From: an uncultured delta proteobacterium
Lineage (GTDB): Bacteria > Myxococcota > B64-G9
Assembly: GCA_963754925.1 (NCBI GenBank)
Contig: CAVWHX010000011.1
Span: forward strand, 1-64,000
DNA length: 64,000 nucleotides
Reading direction: 5' to 3'
The notes beneath the pieces were generated by a model that searched no databases, was not told where the DNA came from, and worked only from the letters and a program-made list of their open reading frames with translations. This document shows, piece after piece, positions 47,307-57,783 of the stretch. A program made the position numbers and the translations under genes. The first letter of the stretch is position 1. Each line of letters starts with the position of its first letter.

Positions 47307-48530
47307 ATGCCGCCGCGGAGCCGAATCTTACTCATCTGTCTCTGGGTGGTGTCTTTTATTCTGTGCGTGCTCCTACCCATACGCGCCGATTACCGCACCC
47401 ATGACCCTGACTCCACGCTCTATGCACAGATGTCCTTTGATCTAGCCCAGCGTCCGTTTTCCGAGTGGGCCGCTCCCGAGTGGAATGACCACTGGGAGCG
47501 CCAGGGCCTCTTCTTTGAGCATCCGCCGGGATTGCTTTGGTTGGGAGCAGCGCTCATACGCTTGGGCGTTCCCGAGTTCCAAGCGTTATATTGCATAAAC
47601 TTTTTATGTTACTTCCTGAGCCTCTTATTGCTCAGCAGGCTGGCAAAGGGATGGCCCTCATCAAACACGCGCGATGATACCGAACAGAACCTGGACGTGA
47701 TGGTGCCGCTCTTCTGGATGCTGACCCCTGGGTTTTGTCAATACGTGGTACGCGGCAACCACGAACATCCCCTGGCCTTGACCGTCGTAATGACCATGGT
47801 TGTCCTCATCGGCGCAACGCAACGGGGGTTGCTGGCATCGGCCGGGTTGTGGTCCCTAGCATTGCTCGTCGCGATATTTGTCAAGGGACTTTCTGGGGTT
47901 GCGCTGGTGCTCATATACGTTTTGTTGGTGGTCCTTTTTCAGCGCGATCGACGTTCATTACTGGTTTTTATTATTGGCCTGCTGGCGGCGGTAGCCGGCT
48001 GGATAGCATTTGAGCGCTGGTATGTGACTCAGACCGGGGTCCATTTTTTGACCAACTACCTGAGCGTTCAGGTTTCGCGATCGGTTGGCGAGTTCGGCAT
48101 CATGGTAGTGTTTCAAAAGCTGTATAATCTGGTCTACTACCTTGGCCGTCCGTTGTGGTTTTTTGCTCCGTGGCTGTATTTTATTCTCTATGCTCTCTAT
48201 AGAAAGGTAGCTTTCAAAGAACCGCTCGGCAACGATCTTAGGTGGTGGAGTGGTCTGGTGGTCGCCACGGTCTTTATCGTGGGCTTTTCGCTTGCCGACC
48301 GGAAAGCAGATCGCTACATTTTCCCCTGCTATCCAATCCTGGCCATAAGCGCCGCATGGCTGATGGCTCATGCGACCTGGCGCTGGTGCGAGGCTATTCG
48401 ACGGTTCATCCGACGTCATCACGCTTGGATCGAGTTCGCCATGCCGGTATTTTTGATCGTGGCCGTTTGCGTTGAGATGTACTTTGGAACATACCACTAT
48501 CGGTTCATTCACCTCTGGCCGGGCGTATGA
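47307..48530 (+). CDS. ArnT/GT39-like membrane glycosyltransferase
   Basis: D...YA, FEHPP, LVAIFVKG, K.DRYIFP; multi-TM. Confidence 0.75.
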   Translation: MPPRSRILLICLWVVSFILCVLLPIRADYRTHDPDSTLYAQMSFDLAQRPFSEWAAPEWNDHWERQGLFFEHPPGLLWLGAALIRLGVPEFQALYCINFLCYFLSLLLLSRLAKGWPSSNTRDDTEQNLDVMVPLFWMLTPGFCQYVVRGNHEHPLALTVVMTMVVLIGATQRGLLASAGLWSLALLVAIFVKGLSGVALVLIYVLLVVLFQRDRRSLLVFIIGLLAAVAGWIAFERWYVTQTGVHFLTNYLSVQVSRSVGEFGIMVVFQKLYNLVYYLGRPLWFFAPWLYFILYALYRKVAFKEPLGNDLRWWSGLVVATVFIVGFSLADRKADRYIFPCYPILAISAAWLMAHATWRWCEAIRRFIRRHHAWIEFAMPVFLIVAVCVEMYFGTYHYRFIHLWPGV

Positions 48531-48532
48531 GA

Positions 48533-49507
48533 TCACTCATAGCGCTTCAGCTTCTCGATCAATTTACGGCCCTCATCATCGAGACGGCGCGGAATGGCGA
48601 TACGCACCCGGGCATACAAGTCGCCGCGCTCGCCGCCTTTGCGTGGAAGGCCTTTGCCTTTCAGCCGCATCCGCTGTCCGCCCTGCGTGCCGGCCGGGAT
48701 CTTCAACTCGACGCTGCCGTCAAGAGTCGCAACCGACGCTTCCCCGCCCAGCGCCGCAACCGAAAACGGAACGGTTATGTCCGTGGTGAGATTGTCCCCC
48801 TCGCGTACAAAGCGCTCATCGGGCTCAAACATAATCTCAATGAGCAAATCGCCCGGGGGGCCGCCTCTGACACCCGGCCCACCCTTGCCCGCCAGGCGAA
48901 TCCGCTGGCCTTCGCGAATGGCCGATGGGATTTTCACCGTTAACGTCTCGCTGCTGCCGGTTTCACCCGTGATGGTAATTTTGCGTTCACCGCCCTGGAG
49001 CGCATCAGTCATGCCAATGGCCAGACGCGATTGGATATCCTCGCCCCGCTCCGGAGTTGCGGCCTTGCGCCGCCGCGTCCGTCCGCCCCCGAAAAGTCCG
49101 CCCAGGATATCGTTGAGGTTAAGGTCGCCGAAAATCTCCTCGCCGTTGATCGTTGTGCGCCTATTAGCTTGGCCCTGCCGAAAAAAGTCCTCGGGAAATC
49201 CCTGGCCCGGCCCGGGCCGAAAGCCCCCAAAATTGGGGCCCCCCGTCCCCGGAGGAGGCCCCTGCTTATACCCTGCCTTCCAGGCTTCGTGACCAACCTG
49301 GTTATAGATATCGCGCTGTTTTTTATCGGAGAGCACTTCGTAGGCTTCAGAAATCTCTTTGAAACGCTCTTCGGCCGCCTTGTTGCCGGCGTTCATATCC
49401 GGGTGGTTCTTGCGCGCCAAGCGCCGATAGGCGCTTTTGATCTCCTTCTCGGAAGCCCCTTTTTTGACGCCGAGGATGTCATAGTAGGTTCGCATCGTGG
49501 ACGACAA
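48533..49507 (-). CDS. DnaJ-class chaperone without zinc finger (CbpA-like)
   Basis: J-domain HPD, G/F region, C-terminal DnaJ domain. Confidence 0.92.
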   Translation of the reverse strand: MSSTMRTYYDILGVKKGASEKEIKSAYRRLARKNHPDMNAGNKAAEERFKEISEAYEVLSDKKQRDIYNQVGHEAWKAGYKQGPPPGTGGPNFGGFRPGPGQGFPEDFFRQGQANRRTTINGEEIFGDLNLNDILGGLFGGGRTRRRKAATPERGEDIQSRLAIGMTDALQGGERKITITGETGSSETLTVKIPSAIREGQRIRLAGKGGPGVRGGPPGDLLIEIMFEPDERFVREGDNLTTDITVPFSVAALGGEASVATLDGSVELKIPAGTQGGQRMRLKGKGLPRKGGERGDLYARVRIAIPRRLDDEGRKLIEKLKRYE

Positions 49508-49509
49508 CT

Positions 49510-49953
49510 CTACTTAGTCTGCACTTCTATCTTGCGTCCCTTGGGTTCGAGGAATGGAATCACAATGCACAGCAAGCCTGATTCGTAGGTCGCCTCAATG
49601 CGCGTGGGATCGACAGACGCCGGTAAATCAACGATGCGCTTGAAGGGACCGTGTTGCCGTTCCACCCGGTGGAACGCAGCTTGCTCCATTTGAAAAGGGG
49701 TGGAACGCTCGCCGCGGATCACCAGCTGACCGCTGTTGACCTCGATATCGATGTCCTGGCGATCCATCCCGGGGAGTTCGGCCTCGAGCACCAACCCGTC
49801 GTCGGTCTCAAAGAAATCAACCGGCGGGGCCCAGTACGCGCGTCCAACTCCGGAACCCGGCAATTGATCGCGAAAGCTCCGATCGAAAAGATCGTTGAAA
49901 CGGTTACGAAGCTTGATGAGGTCTTCGACGGGATCCCATTTGTCCATTGGCAC
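49510..49953 (-). CDS. Hsp20/alpha-crystallin small heat-shock protein
   Basis: WAPPVD, AELPG, ER..G.F.R, A.Y.SGLL. Confidence 0.92.
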   Translation of the reverse strand: MPMDKWDPVEDLIKLRNRFNDLFDRSFRDQLPGSGVGRAYWAPPVDFFETDDGLVLEAELPGMDRQDIDIEVNSGQLVIRGERSTPFQMEQAAFHRVERQHGPFKRIVDLPASVDPTRIEATYESGLLCIVIPFLEPKGRKIEVQTK

Positions 49954-49985
49954 GATCCACTCCTTCCGTGTCTCAGTGCGGTCTT

Positions 49986-50013
49986 ACTGTAGCACAACCT
50001 GACGCCCTGTCAA
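49986..50013 (-). promoter_or_regulatory. Sigma70-type promoter of hsp20-dnaJ
   Basis: TTGACA-N16-TACAGT with extended TG. Confidence 0.5.
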
Positions 50014-50306
50014 AGACTCTCCTACTCTTCTTTAGGTTGCACGCCCCTCACCTTCGCCTCGCGGATCCAATCGCGCAGCAAGCAAACCGACGCGCTTTTA
50101 GGGAGAGTAAAAGCACTTCTGCCGGATGAAGGTTGATTGACGGTGCGTGCGGAAACAAAACACTAGATGTCTCAGATGTGAAAGGTGGGGTCAGCGCAAA
50201 GAATATTGTGAATATCGGAGCAACGTCCCTAAGTTTTCTCGAAATGACGCGACGTCCCCACCAGTTGATTTATCATAACAAGATATTGTTATAGAAGCCC
50301 GGAACC

Positions 50307-50594
50307 TCAATGCTGAATGGAGAAGTTGTGCTCTTCTGCTCGAGCAGGTCCCCAGTTCACCGATACCGAATCGACGCGCGAGAAGTCAGGACCGTGTCGA
50401 CACCACTCCAAGAAACGCTCCAAAACCGCGCGCTCCCCTTCCGCCTCGATCTCGACGCTGCCGTCGGGCGCGTTGCGCACCCAGCCGACGAGCCCCATTC
50501 CCGCCGCCACCCGCCGGGTAGTCCAACGAAATCCGACGCCTTGCACCCTACCGCTAACCTTAATCGATAGTCGCGCTCTCTCGTTGTCAGCCAC
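50307..50594 (-). CDS. acyP: Acylphosphatase
   Basis: GRVQGVGFR, GWVRN. Confidence 0.93.
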   Translation of the reverse strand: MADNERARLSIKVSGRVQGVGFRWTTRRVAAGMGLVGWVRNAPDGSVEIEAEGERAVLERFLEWCRHGPDFSRVDSVSVNWGPARAEEHNFSIQH

Positions 50595-50619
50595 GGTCGA
50601 TTAACTCCCCTGAAAACAG

Positions 50620-51939
50620 TTACAGAACGTTCGCGGCCAGCTCGGCCAATTCGCTGCGCTCACCCTTGCGCAGGGTAATATGACCGGAGATGGACTCGCC
50701 CTTGAAGCGATTGACGAGATAGGATAGCCCGTTATTTGCCGAATCAACGTACGGGTTATCGATCTGGTACAGATCGCCGGTCAAGACGACTTTCGTCTGA
50801 TCGCCGGCCCGGGTGACTATGGTTTTTACTTCGTGCGGGGTGAGATTCTGGGCCTCGTCGACAATAATATATTGATTGGGAATGCTCCGGCCGCGGATGT
50901 AGGTCAAAGGCTCGATCTCAATCAGATCCATGTCAATGAGCTCGCGATAGCTGCGACCCTGGTGCTTGTCCTTGTGACTCAGGTTCATGAGCAACTCGAT
51001 ATTGTCAAAAATCGGCTGCATCCAGGGGTTGAGCTTCTCCTCGATATCGCCCGGTAAAAAACCAATATCCCGGCCAAGCGGAAAAATCGGGCGGGAGACC
51101 AGCAGCCGTTGGAACACTCCCTCCTCCGAGGTTTTATGCAAACCGGCGGCAAGCGCGAGTAAGGTCTTACCGGTTCCGGCCTTGCCCACCAGGGTGACGA
51201 TCTTGATGCGATCGTCGAGCAACAAATCCACCGCAAAACTCTGCTCGCGGTTGCGCGGCGAGATGCCCCACAGGCTGCCGCGCGGTTTAATCAGCGGCAC
51301 CACCCGCTGGCCGTCCACGTCCACCCGCGCGATGGCCGATTGCGTGTCGCCTTCGAGATCCTTAAACTGAAGAAACTGGTTGGGGAACGCCTCGGCGGCG
51401 CCCACATCGGCGAGCGCCAGGCTGCCTTTGCTGTAGAACGCATCTATCATCTGACTGCGCACCTGCAATTCCTGCATGCCGGTGTAGATCTCGTCAACCG
51501 GCAGGCGCTCGGTGTCATAATCATGGCATTCAATGCCCAGGACATCGGCCTTGATGCGCAGGTTGGTGTCCTTCGTGATGAAAATGCAGGGCCGTTCCCG
51601 CTCGCGCTCCTTCAGGTCGAACGCCACCGCCAGAATACGGTGGTCCATCTTCTCATTGATCCCCAGCTCAGCCGGCAATTCTCGGCCGGTGAACAACACG
51701 CGCAGGCGACCCTTGTTGGGGAGGTCAACTCCTTCGACCAACTTGCCGGTCTGGCGCAGCTCGTCGATCATCCTGCCGACCACCCGAGCATTGCGGCCCA
51801 GCTCGGACAATTCCTTCTTGAACCGATCGATCTCCTCGATCACGTAAATCGGAATGACGATTTCGTTGTCGCCAAATGCCAGCAAGGCATTCGGATCGTG
51901 CAGCAAGACATTGGTGTCCAGAACGAAGTTTTTCCTCAT
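50620..51939 (-). CDS. PIN-PhoH family protein
   Basis: VLDTNVL PIN; GKAGTGKT; IRGRS; DEAQN. Confidence 0.93.
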   Translation of the reverse strand: MRKNFVLDTNVLLHDPNALLAFGDNEIVIPIYVIEEIDRFKKELSELGRNARVVGRMIDELRQTGKLVEGVDLPNKGRLRVLFTGRELPAELGINEKMDHRILAVAFDLKERERERPCIFITKDTNLRIKADVLGIECHDYDTERLPVDEIYTGMQELQVRSQMIDAFYSKGSLALADVGAAEAFPNQFLQFKDLEGDTQSAIARVDVDGQRVVPLIKPRGSLWGISPRNREQSFAVDLLLDDRIKIVTLVGKAGTGKTLLALAAGLHKTSEEGVFQRLLVSRPIFPLGRDIGFLPGDIEEKLNPWMQPIFDNIELLMNLSHKDKHQGRSYRELIDMDLIEIEPLTYIRGRSIPNQYIIVDEAQNLTPHEVKTIVTRAGDQTKVVLTGDLYQIDNPYVDSANNGLSYLVNRFKGESISGHITLRKGERSELAELAANVL

Positions 51940-54167
51940 GGAGCGCTCCTCGAGCCTGCCGCGGTTTGGAGGTCACTATAATGAACCGTCCGGTCCCGGC
52001 CGGTATGTTTCGCATGATACAGCGCCTGATCGGCGCGGTCGATCAATTCCTGCTTGTGGCGGGCACAGCCAGGCAGGGTGCACACCCCCAACGAAACGGT
52101 AATAGCGAACGACGAGCCATCCACCTCGAATTTCTGTCGTTTGATTTCCTCGCGAAAGCGCTCCGCGACGATGCAGCCGCCGTTCCTGTCCGTTTCGGGC
52201 ATAATCACGGTGAACTCTTCACCCCCGTACCGACACACGCGATCGGCCGAGCGGGCAAACTGCCCCAACACCTGCGCCACCCGTTTGAGAACCTGATCGC
52301 CGACCGGGTGTCCGAAGGTGTCGTTGATCTTCTTGAAATAGTCGACATCGGCCAGAATAAGCGAGAGGGGGCGCTGGTAGCGCGCCGCCATGGTCGCCGC
52401 TTCGTCTATCAGTTCCTGGAAACGCCGGTGGTTGTAAAGACCGGTGAGCCCATCGGTCGTGGCCATACGGTTTATCTGTTCGTAGCGCTGGGCGTTTTGA
52501 ATCGAGACGGCGGCCATATTGGAGAACGTGTCGAGTTGGTTGATCGTCTCGGACTTTTGTCGGAAGGCGGCGGCGTTTTTAGAACCGACCACGAGCGCGC
52601 CAATCGCCTGCTTGTCACCCGGATGAGCCTCACGCCCTTCGAGCGAGGCCACCATCAACGGGAAAACCTTCACTGCCTTAAGTCCCTTTACCGGTTGTTT
52701 GTCGAAAAGTTGTAGTTGCTTTTCATTCTGGCCGCTGCTGCGTAGCGGTTGTATCTCACGATGCTTCACCGCCAGGGTGCATAGGTCAGATCCGCCGGTG
52801 ACCATCCTATCTAAGTTTTGTTTGGTCCAATCATGCCACTCTTCCAAAGCATCCACCCCGGCAAGCATCATTCCGCGTTTGCCTTCTTCAACCAAGGTCA
52901 ACGCGGCAAAGTCAATCGGTTCATGGTGGATCTTGCGTACGGACTCAAGCACCGCCCGTTTGACGTCATCGAGGGTGAGCGCCCGGTTGAGGGTATCGCT
53001 CGCCTCGTTGAGCCATTCGAATTCAGTCTTGACCGCTTCCATACCGATATATAACCGTTCCGCCTTGTTGACGCGCAGGATTTCGCGCGCAATGAAGTTG
53101 AGCACGCGTTCGTCGTCATCACCAAAGGGAAGGTCCACGGTACGATCGGCGATCAAAACCCCCCGGGGATATTCCTGTTCCCCCTCCAGAAGCGGAACTC
53201 CCATGAACCGTGTGAAGGCCACCGGTTTGCGATAGTAGGGTGTAAGCTCGGGGTTGTACGTGCGCGCCTGATACGTAACGGTTCCCTTCTTGCTCAATAT
53301 CGACCCAATCAGTCCTTTGCCGGCCGGGATCGGTTCGGTGGTCAGCGCGTCGCTTGAGGGCCGGGCATCGTGTAGTTTCACGGTCTGATCATCCAAGGAA
53401 AGCCAATACAGAGCCACCATATGGGGTCGTAGGGCCGCCTCCGCAACTTCGAGCAGGTTTCCCGCGGTAATCCCCAACTCTTTGAACGAACTGACTTGGA
53501 GATTTTTGCGGCGTTCTTCTATCAATTGAGCGGTGCCGATTTCGCCAGAGCGATGGGCGGCGGCCGTCAGGCGATACTCGTATGCCTCGAGCTCGGCATT
53601 GCGCCGTTCCTGTTCAAGCCAGGCGGTGAGCTCGGCTCGTTTTTTTTTGGTGAAGGCAGACATCAGCACCCGTAGGAGTACCGGAAAGCTGGCTATCGCC
53701 AGTAGGTGTGAAACAAACAGACCGGTAATTGTTTGCGGCCCGGAGGACCATTGAGCCGCCTCAAGAGCGCCGCTGACCAGTACCAACACCAGGCTGTTTC
53801 TCAGTCGTTCATCGAGCGCGCTCGAAGAACACAGGAAAACAAACAGCAGCGGATACAGCGGGCTTTCCATGCCGCCGCTCAAGGAGATCAGGAGGTAGAG
53901 CGCACAGACCGCGAGCAGCTCAAACTGAAGGTAGTCAAGCCAGCGCCGCGGGGTCTTGTGCTGACGCGCGGTAAAAAACGCCCTGATCCGTATGACTCTG
54001 ACCAGCAAGGCCACGCTCAGCACACACGTACACGCTACCGTGAACCCGGTGACGTCACGCAGCAGACCACGCGCGAGTAAAACCGCAAATGTCGCCACCA
54101 CTGCCTCGACCAATACGCGTCGGTCCAGGAACCGCACTACCAAGGCGACCTTCGACCACGGGTTCAT
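51936..54167 (-). CDS. Membrane GAF-GAF-GGDEF diguanylate cyclase
   Basis: N-terminal TMs, GAF regions, RSAD I-site, RYGGEEF. Confidence 0.9.
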   Translation of the reverse strand: MNPWSKVALVVRFLDRRVLVEAVVATFAVLLARGLLRDVTGFTVACTCVLSVALLVRVIRIRAFFTARQHKTPRRWLDYLQFELLAVCALYLLISLSGGMESPLYPLLFVFLCSSSALDERLRNSLVLVLVSGALEAAQWSSGPQTITGLFVSHLLAIASFPVLLRVLMSAFTKKKRAELTAWLEQERRNAELEAYEYRLTAAAHRSGEIGTAQLIEERRKNLQVSSFKELGITAGNLLEVAEAALRPHMVALYWLSLDDQTVKLHDARPSSDALTTEPIPAGKGLIGSILSKKGTVTYQARTYNPELTPYYRKPVAFTRFMGVPLLEGEQEYPRGVLIADRTVDLPFGDDDERVLNFIAREILRVNKAERLYIGMEAVKTEFEWLNEASDTLNRALTLDDVKRAVLESVRKIHHEPIDFAALTLVEEGKRGMMLAGVDALEEWHDWTKQNLDRMVTGGSDLCTLAVKHREIQPLRSSGQNEKQLQLFDKQPVKGLKAVKVFPLMVASLEGREAHPGDKQAIGALVVGSKNAAAFRQKSETINQLDTFSNMAAVSIQNAQRYEQINRMATTDGLTGLYNHRRFQELIDEAATMAARYQRPLSLILADVDYFKKINDTFGHPVGDQVLKRVAQVLGQFARSADRVCRYGGEEFTVIMPETDRNGGCIVAERFREEIKRQKFEVDGSSFAITVSLGVCTLPGCARHKQELIDRADQALYHAKHTGRDRTVHYSDLQTAAGSRSAP

Positions 54168-54179
54168 GGGGATCCCGAC

Positions 54180-54500
54180 TCACTTCGCAACGCTCGACCC
54201 ATCCGCATCACGGTGAGGAAGGTTGTCGAGCTGCAGGATCAACTCATCCTTTCTCACGAGGCCCAATTCATCGCGGGCGAGCTTTTCGAGATAGTCTTGA
54301 CGCCGATTGAGCGCCTCGACCTCTTGGGAAAGACGGTGATTTTCCTCCTTAAAATGTTGATTTTCTTCCAGCGTCTTCTCTAACTCTCGTTGCAGCTGAA
54401 CCTGCTTGCCGCTGCCCCCCGAATGGATCACGGCGTAGATGAGAAAACCCACCGCCACAGCCAGGCAACAAAAATACACGATTTTCGTTCGTCTTCCCAA
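54180..54500 (-). CDS. ftsB: Septum formation initiator FtsB/DivIC
   Basis: TM + coiled coil + EKLARDELGLVRKDE. Confidence 0.85.
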   Translation of the reverse strand: MGRRTKIVYFCCLAVAVGFLIYAVIHSGGSGKQVQLQRELEKTLEENQHFKEENHRLSQEVEALNRRQDYLEKLARDELGLVRKDELILQLDNLPHRDADGSSVAK

Positions 54501-54558
54501 AGTGCTCTATCCCTCGGTAAACGCGATCCCTTTTTTTCGCTCCGTAACGATTTCTCAT

Positions 54559-54660
54559 CCCCTTCGGGGATAAGAGGCTGTCCAGAGGATAAGAGCTTGT
54601 AAACCTCACTTCGTTCGTCAACAAGCTCTGATAACTCACTTCGGTCGTAACAGCCTCTTA
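54559..54660. repeat. Nested hairpin repeat of the same family as 47243-47292
   Basis: Outer IR TAAGAGGCTGT/ACAGCCTCTTA; inner IR AGAGCTTGT/ACAAGCTCT. Confidence 0.7.
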
Positions 54661-55107
54661 CTTCTCTTCGGTAGCGATGGCCAATCTCTTGAGACCGGCC
54701 TGGGACACCATGTCCATCACCTCGACCACTCGTCCGTGATTGATGGCAAGATCGGCTTGGATGATCACCAAGGTATCGGGAGAAAGCTTCTTCACTTCCG
54801 CAAGCTTAGACATAAAATAGTCTTCGGATAAGGCCTCTCCATCGACCACGATACGGCCGTCCTTTAATATAGCCACAACCAAATGATTATCGTGGGAAGT
54901 TAAATCGGCCGTTTTCGCCTGCGGCAACTGAACATTGAAACCACCCTCATCGGCAGATCCCGCTTTCGCTCCGGCGGCGCCATTTTGCTGCATGATGAGC
55001 GGGGTGGTTATCATGAAAATGATCAGCAACACCAAAACGACGTCGGTAAAGGGGGTGATGTTGATCTCGGACGTCACCCGCCCGCGTTTTACTCGTTGCT
55101 TGAGCAT
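54658..55107 (-). CDS. exbD: ExbD/TolR family protein
   Basis: EINITPFTDVVLVLLIIFMIT. Confidence 0.9.
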   Translation of the reverse strand: MLKQRVKRGRVTSEINITPFTDVVLVLLIIFMITTPLIMQQNGAAGAKAGSADEGGFNVQLPQAKTADLTSHDNHLVVAILKDGRIVVDGEALSEDYFMSKLAEVKKLSPDTLVIIQADLAINHGRVVEVMDMVSQAGLKRLAIATEEK

Positions 55108-55736
55108 TTGGTTTTGTCCTCGGCGATCATGAGATCGTTGAGCTCGGACGAGCAATATTCCATGTCAACCACAAAACCGTCCACACGTCTCACGAAGTAG
55201 TTGTAAACAACGACGGCCGGTACGGCCACCAAGAGACCGGTGGCGGTGCAGATCAGGGCTTCGGCGACCCCGGCCATGACTGCTCCCAACCCGCCGGTGG
55301 CCTCGGAAGCGATATTGTGGAACGCGTTCACGATGCCCAGCACGGTGCCGAAAAGCCCAATGTAGACAGCCACGTTACCAATTACCCCGACGATGCTGGT
55401 GTACCGTTCGAGCCTGACCGTCTCGACGAGGATTTCCCGTTCCATTGCGGCCATGACGTCTTTTCCCTCGCGGCCGTGCTGCTTCAGTCCCGCGCACACA
55501 ACGCTGGTTATCGGTTTTGCCTCCATCTCACAGATCTTGATGGCAACATCGTAAGCACACTTTTTTATTTCCGCGCGAATGCGGTCCATGAACTCAACTC
55601 GATCAATAGTTCTCGTCATGAAGTGGTAGAGGCGCTCGAGAAAGATAGCCATCCACACTACCGAAAGGGAAAGAAGTATGTACATGGTGAACCCGCCCAT
55701 GTTGATGATTTGAAAAACGGTCTTTCCTTCAAACAT
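55089..55736 (-). CDS. exbB: MotA/TolQ/ExbB proton channel protein
   Basis: GLFGTVLGI, GVAEALICTATGLLVAVPA. Confidence 0.9.
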   Translation of the reverse strand: MFEGKTVFQIINMGGFTMYILLSLSVVWMAIFLERLYHFMTRTIDRVEFMDRIRAEIKKCAYDVAIKICEMEAKPITSVVCAGLKQHGREGKDVMAAMEREILVETVRLERYTSIVGVIGNVAVYIGLFGTVLGIVNAFHNIASEATGGLGAVMAGVAEALICTATGLLVAVPAVVVYNYFVRRVDGFVVDMEYCSSELNDLMIAEDKTKCSSNE

Positions 55737-55777
55737 TTTTGTCGCACCTCCTCAGGAGCAAGAAACCACCACCGCCA

Positions 55778-56329
55778 TTAAGCCACCCACAACCCGCGCG
55801 GTCCCATGCGTAACACCACCCGCAGGAGCGCGCTGAGGCTCTTGGAATCGCAGAGTTCCCCCTGCAACGCCATTTCAAGCACTTCCCGAAACGGTACCCG
55901 CAAAATCTCGATCAGCTCATCAGGCTCCTGGGATTTCGGAACCGCGGTGAGGTCGCTCGCCACAAAAAGATGGATGCGCTCGTCAGAAAAACCAGGTACG
56001 GTCCAGATACTGCCGAGCGACTCGAGCTTGCCCGCTCGCTGCCCAATCTCCTCGGCCAACTCGCGCTCAGCGCACTGCTGTGGACTCTCGCCGGACATGA
56101 GCTTTCCAGCCGGAATCTCGTAGATCCACCCTCCGGTCGCCCAGCGGTACTGGCGAATGAGTAAGATCTCATGTTCGTTGATAAAGGGCACCACCGCCGA
56201 CGCTCCGGGATGCCTGACCATCTCCAACTCAATCTCGGTGCCGCCAGGGAGGCAAACCCGCTCGAGGGTGAATTCCAGTTCATTTTTATAAAGCTGCTGC
56301 TTTTCCAAAAGTCTGCCTTCCCCTAGCAT
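55778..56329 (-). CDS. NUDIX hydrolase (ADP-ribose pyrophosphatase-like)
   Basis: RQYR, EIPAG...AERELAEEIG Nudix box. Confidence 0.9.
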   Translation of the reverse strand: MLGEGRLLEKQQLYKNELEFTLERVCLPGGTEIELEMVRHPGASAVVPFINEHEILLIRQYRWATGGWIYEIPAGKLMSGESPQQCAERELAEEIGQRAGKLESLGSIWTVPGFSDERIHLFVASDLTAVPKSQEPDELIEILRVPFREVLEMALQGELCDSKSLSALLRVVLRMGPRGLWVA

Positions 56330-56654
56330 GCATGCCCTCCCCCTGGTTGTAACACTTCGGTCGATCGTTTTATTGCCTGAAACTGCAACAAATTAATCAT
56401 GTCGTTGCTTGAGGATACTAATTGTTGGTAGGTGAAAAAGTCTTTTCTCACCGAACGGTCCGTCGCCTTGGGTTTCTTGATTGCATGATAGAGCCGTTCA
56501 TGATTAGCCTTAACGGCGACCGAACAGACGTCATCGAAATCGGAGGATGGTAGGCGATGAAAACAATTCCACGAAGTCACTCCTTAATCGTACCCGTAGT
56601 GTGTGACTCTTTTTCTCATTATTGTCAATCGTTCCGATACCAAGGGTATTGCTC

Positions 56655-57647
56655 ATGACGACACTTCTGACCGTAGTCACCGGCTCGGCTGGCCACGTTG
56701 GTGGCAACTTGGTTCGCGCGTTGCTTGCCGAAGGAAGAAAGGTTCGGGCAGTAATCCGCAATGATACCCGGGCGATCGCCGGGTTGCCGCTTGAGACGGT
56801 CAAAGCAGATGTGCTCGATCCGATGTCGCTCGAGCATGCATTCAACGGCGCCGACGTGGTCTACCATCTGGCCGCCCAGATCTCAATCGCTGGCGACCGG
56901 GACGGTTCGGTGCAGGCAGTCAACGGTACCGGCGCGCGCAACGTGGTGCAGGCCGCTAAAAAGTGCCGTGTTCGGCGGTTGGTTCACTTTTCTTCTATTC
57001 ACGCGTTTTGCCAACATCCCCATGATCAACCGCTCTGCGAGGAGCGTCCGCATGTCAGCGGTACGCGTTGCTTAGCGTACGACCACAGCAAGGCCCTTGG
57101 CGAATCCGCCGTTCGGGAGGCTTGCGGCCAGGGACTCGATGCGGTGATGGTAAACCCGACCTCAATCATCGGACCGTACGACTACAAACCCTCCCCTATG
57201 GGTTCGGCCCTGTTGATGTTTTTCAATCGAAAAATGCCGGCGTTGGTCAACGGTGGGTTCGACTGGGTGGATGTCCGCGATGTAGTCAGGGGGGCTATGC
57301 AGGCAGAGAAGCTTGGTCGGACGGGGGAACGCTACCTCCTCTCAGGTCATTGGCTCAGTTTTTCTGAGTTAGCCGGCATTATTGAGAAAGTGTGCGGAAT
57401 AAAGAGACCGCATCTCATAATCCCGCTTTGGTTGGCGGCTTATGGCGCACCCTTCGGGGAGTTATATGCGCGACTGCTCAAACATCGTCCGTTGTTTACC
57501 CGAGAATCGATCCAGATCCTCAAGGACAGCAACCGGTTCATTAGCCACGCCAAGGCGACAGCCGAATTTGGATATCAACCCCGCCCCGTGAGCGAGACTA
57601 TCGCAGATACTTTTGATTGGTTCAAGAAACACAATAGGATCAGGTGA
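56655..57647 (+). CDS. NAD-dependent epimerase/dehydratase (HpnA/dihydroflavonol reductase-like)
   Basis: VTGSAGHVG, YHLAA, YDHSK, VDVRDV. Confidence 0.88.
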   Translation: MTTLLTVVTGSAGHVGGNLVRALLAEGRKVRAVIRNDTRAIAGLPLETVKADVLDPMSLEHAFNGADVVYHLAAQISIAGDRDGSVQAVNGTGARNVVQAAKKCRVRRLVHFSSIHAFCQHPHDQPLCEERPHVSGTRCLAYDHSKALGESAVREACGQGLDAVMVNPTSIIGPYDYKPSPMGSALLMFFNRKMPALVNGGFDWVDVRDVVRGAMQAEKLGRTGERYLLSGHWLSFSELAGIIEKVCGIKRPHLIIPLWLAAYGAPFGELYARLLKHRPLFTRESIQILKDSNRFISHAKATAEFGYQPRPVSETIADTFDWFKKHNRIR

Positions 57648-57737
57648 TACTACCAAGCAGTGCCTGAAAAAGTATCAGAGGAGACTCAAAGCGCCATCAT
57701 CTCGGTCGTTTGGGAGAAAGATGCTGGGCACCTGGGC

Positions 57738-57766
57738 TTGACGACTAAGGCTGAAATGTATAGTAT
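57738..57766 (+). promoter_or_regulatory. Sigma70 promoter
   Basis: TTGACG-N17-TAGTAT shortly before ATG 57784. Confidence 0.55.
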
Positions 57767-57783
57767 TGAGTCGAGGTGCAGTC

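Noticed and set aside
49954..50030. CIRCE element before hsp20-dnaJ
   Set aside because: No TTAGCACTC-N9-GAGTGCTAA match
56323..56580. 85-aa ORF between the NUDIX and epimerase genes
   Set aside because: No recognisable features; likely a divergent promoter region
57660..57735. Possible glycine riboswitch (GAGGAGAC...GCGCC)
   Set aside because: Lacks the GAAGG and CTCTCAGG core and lies upstream of the predicted promoter
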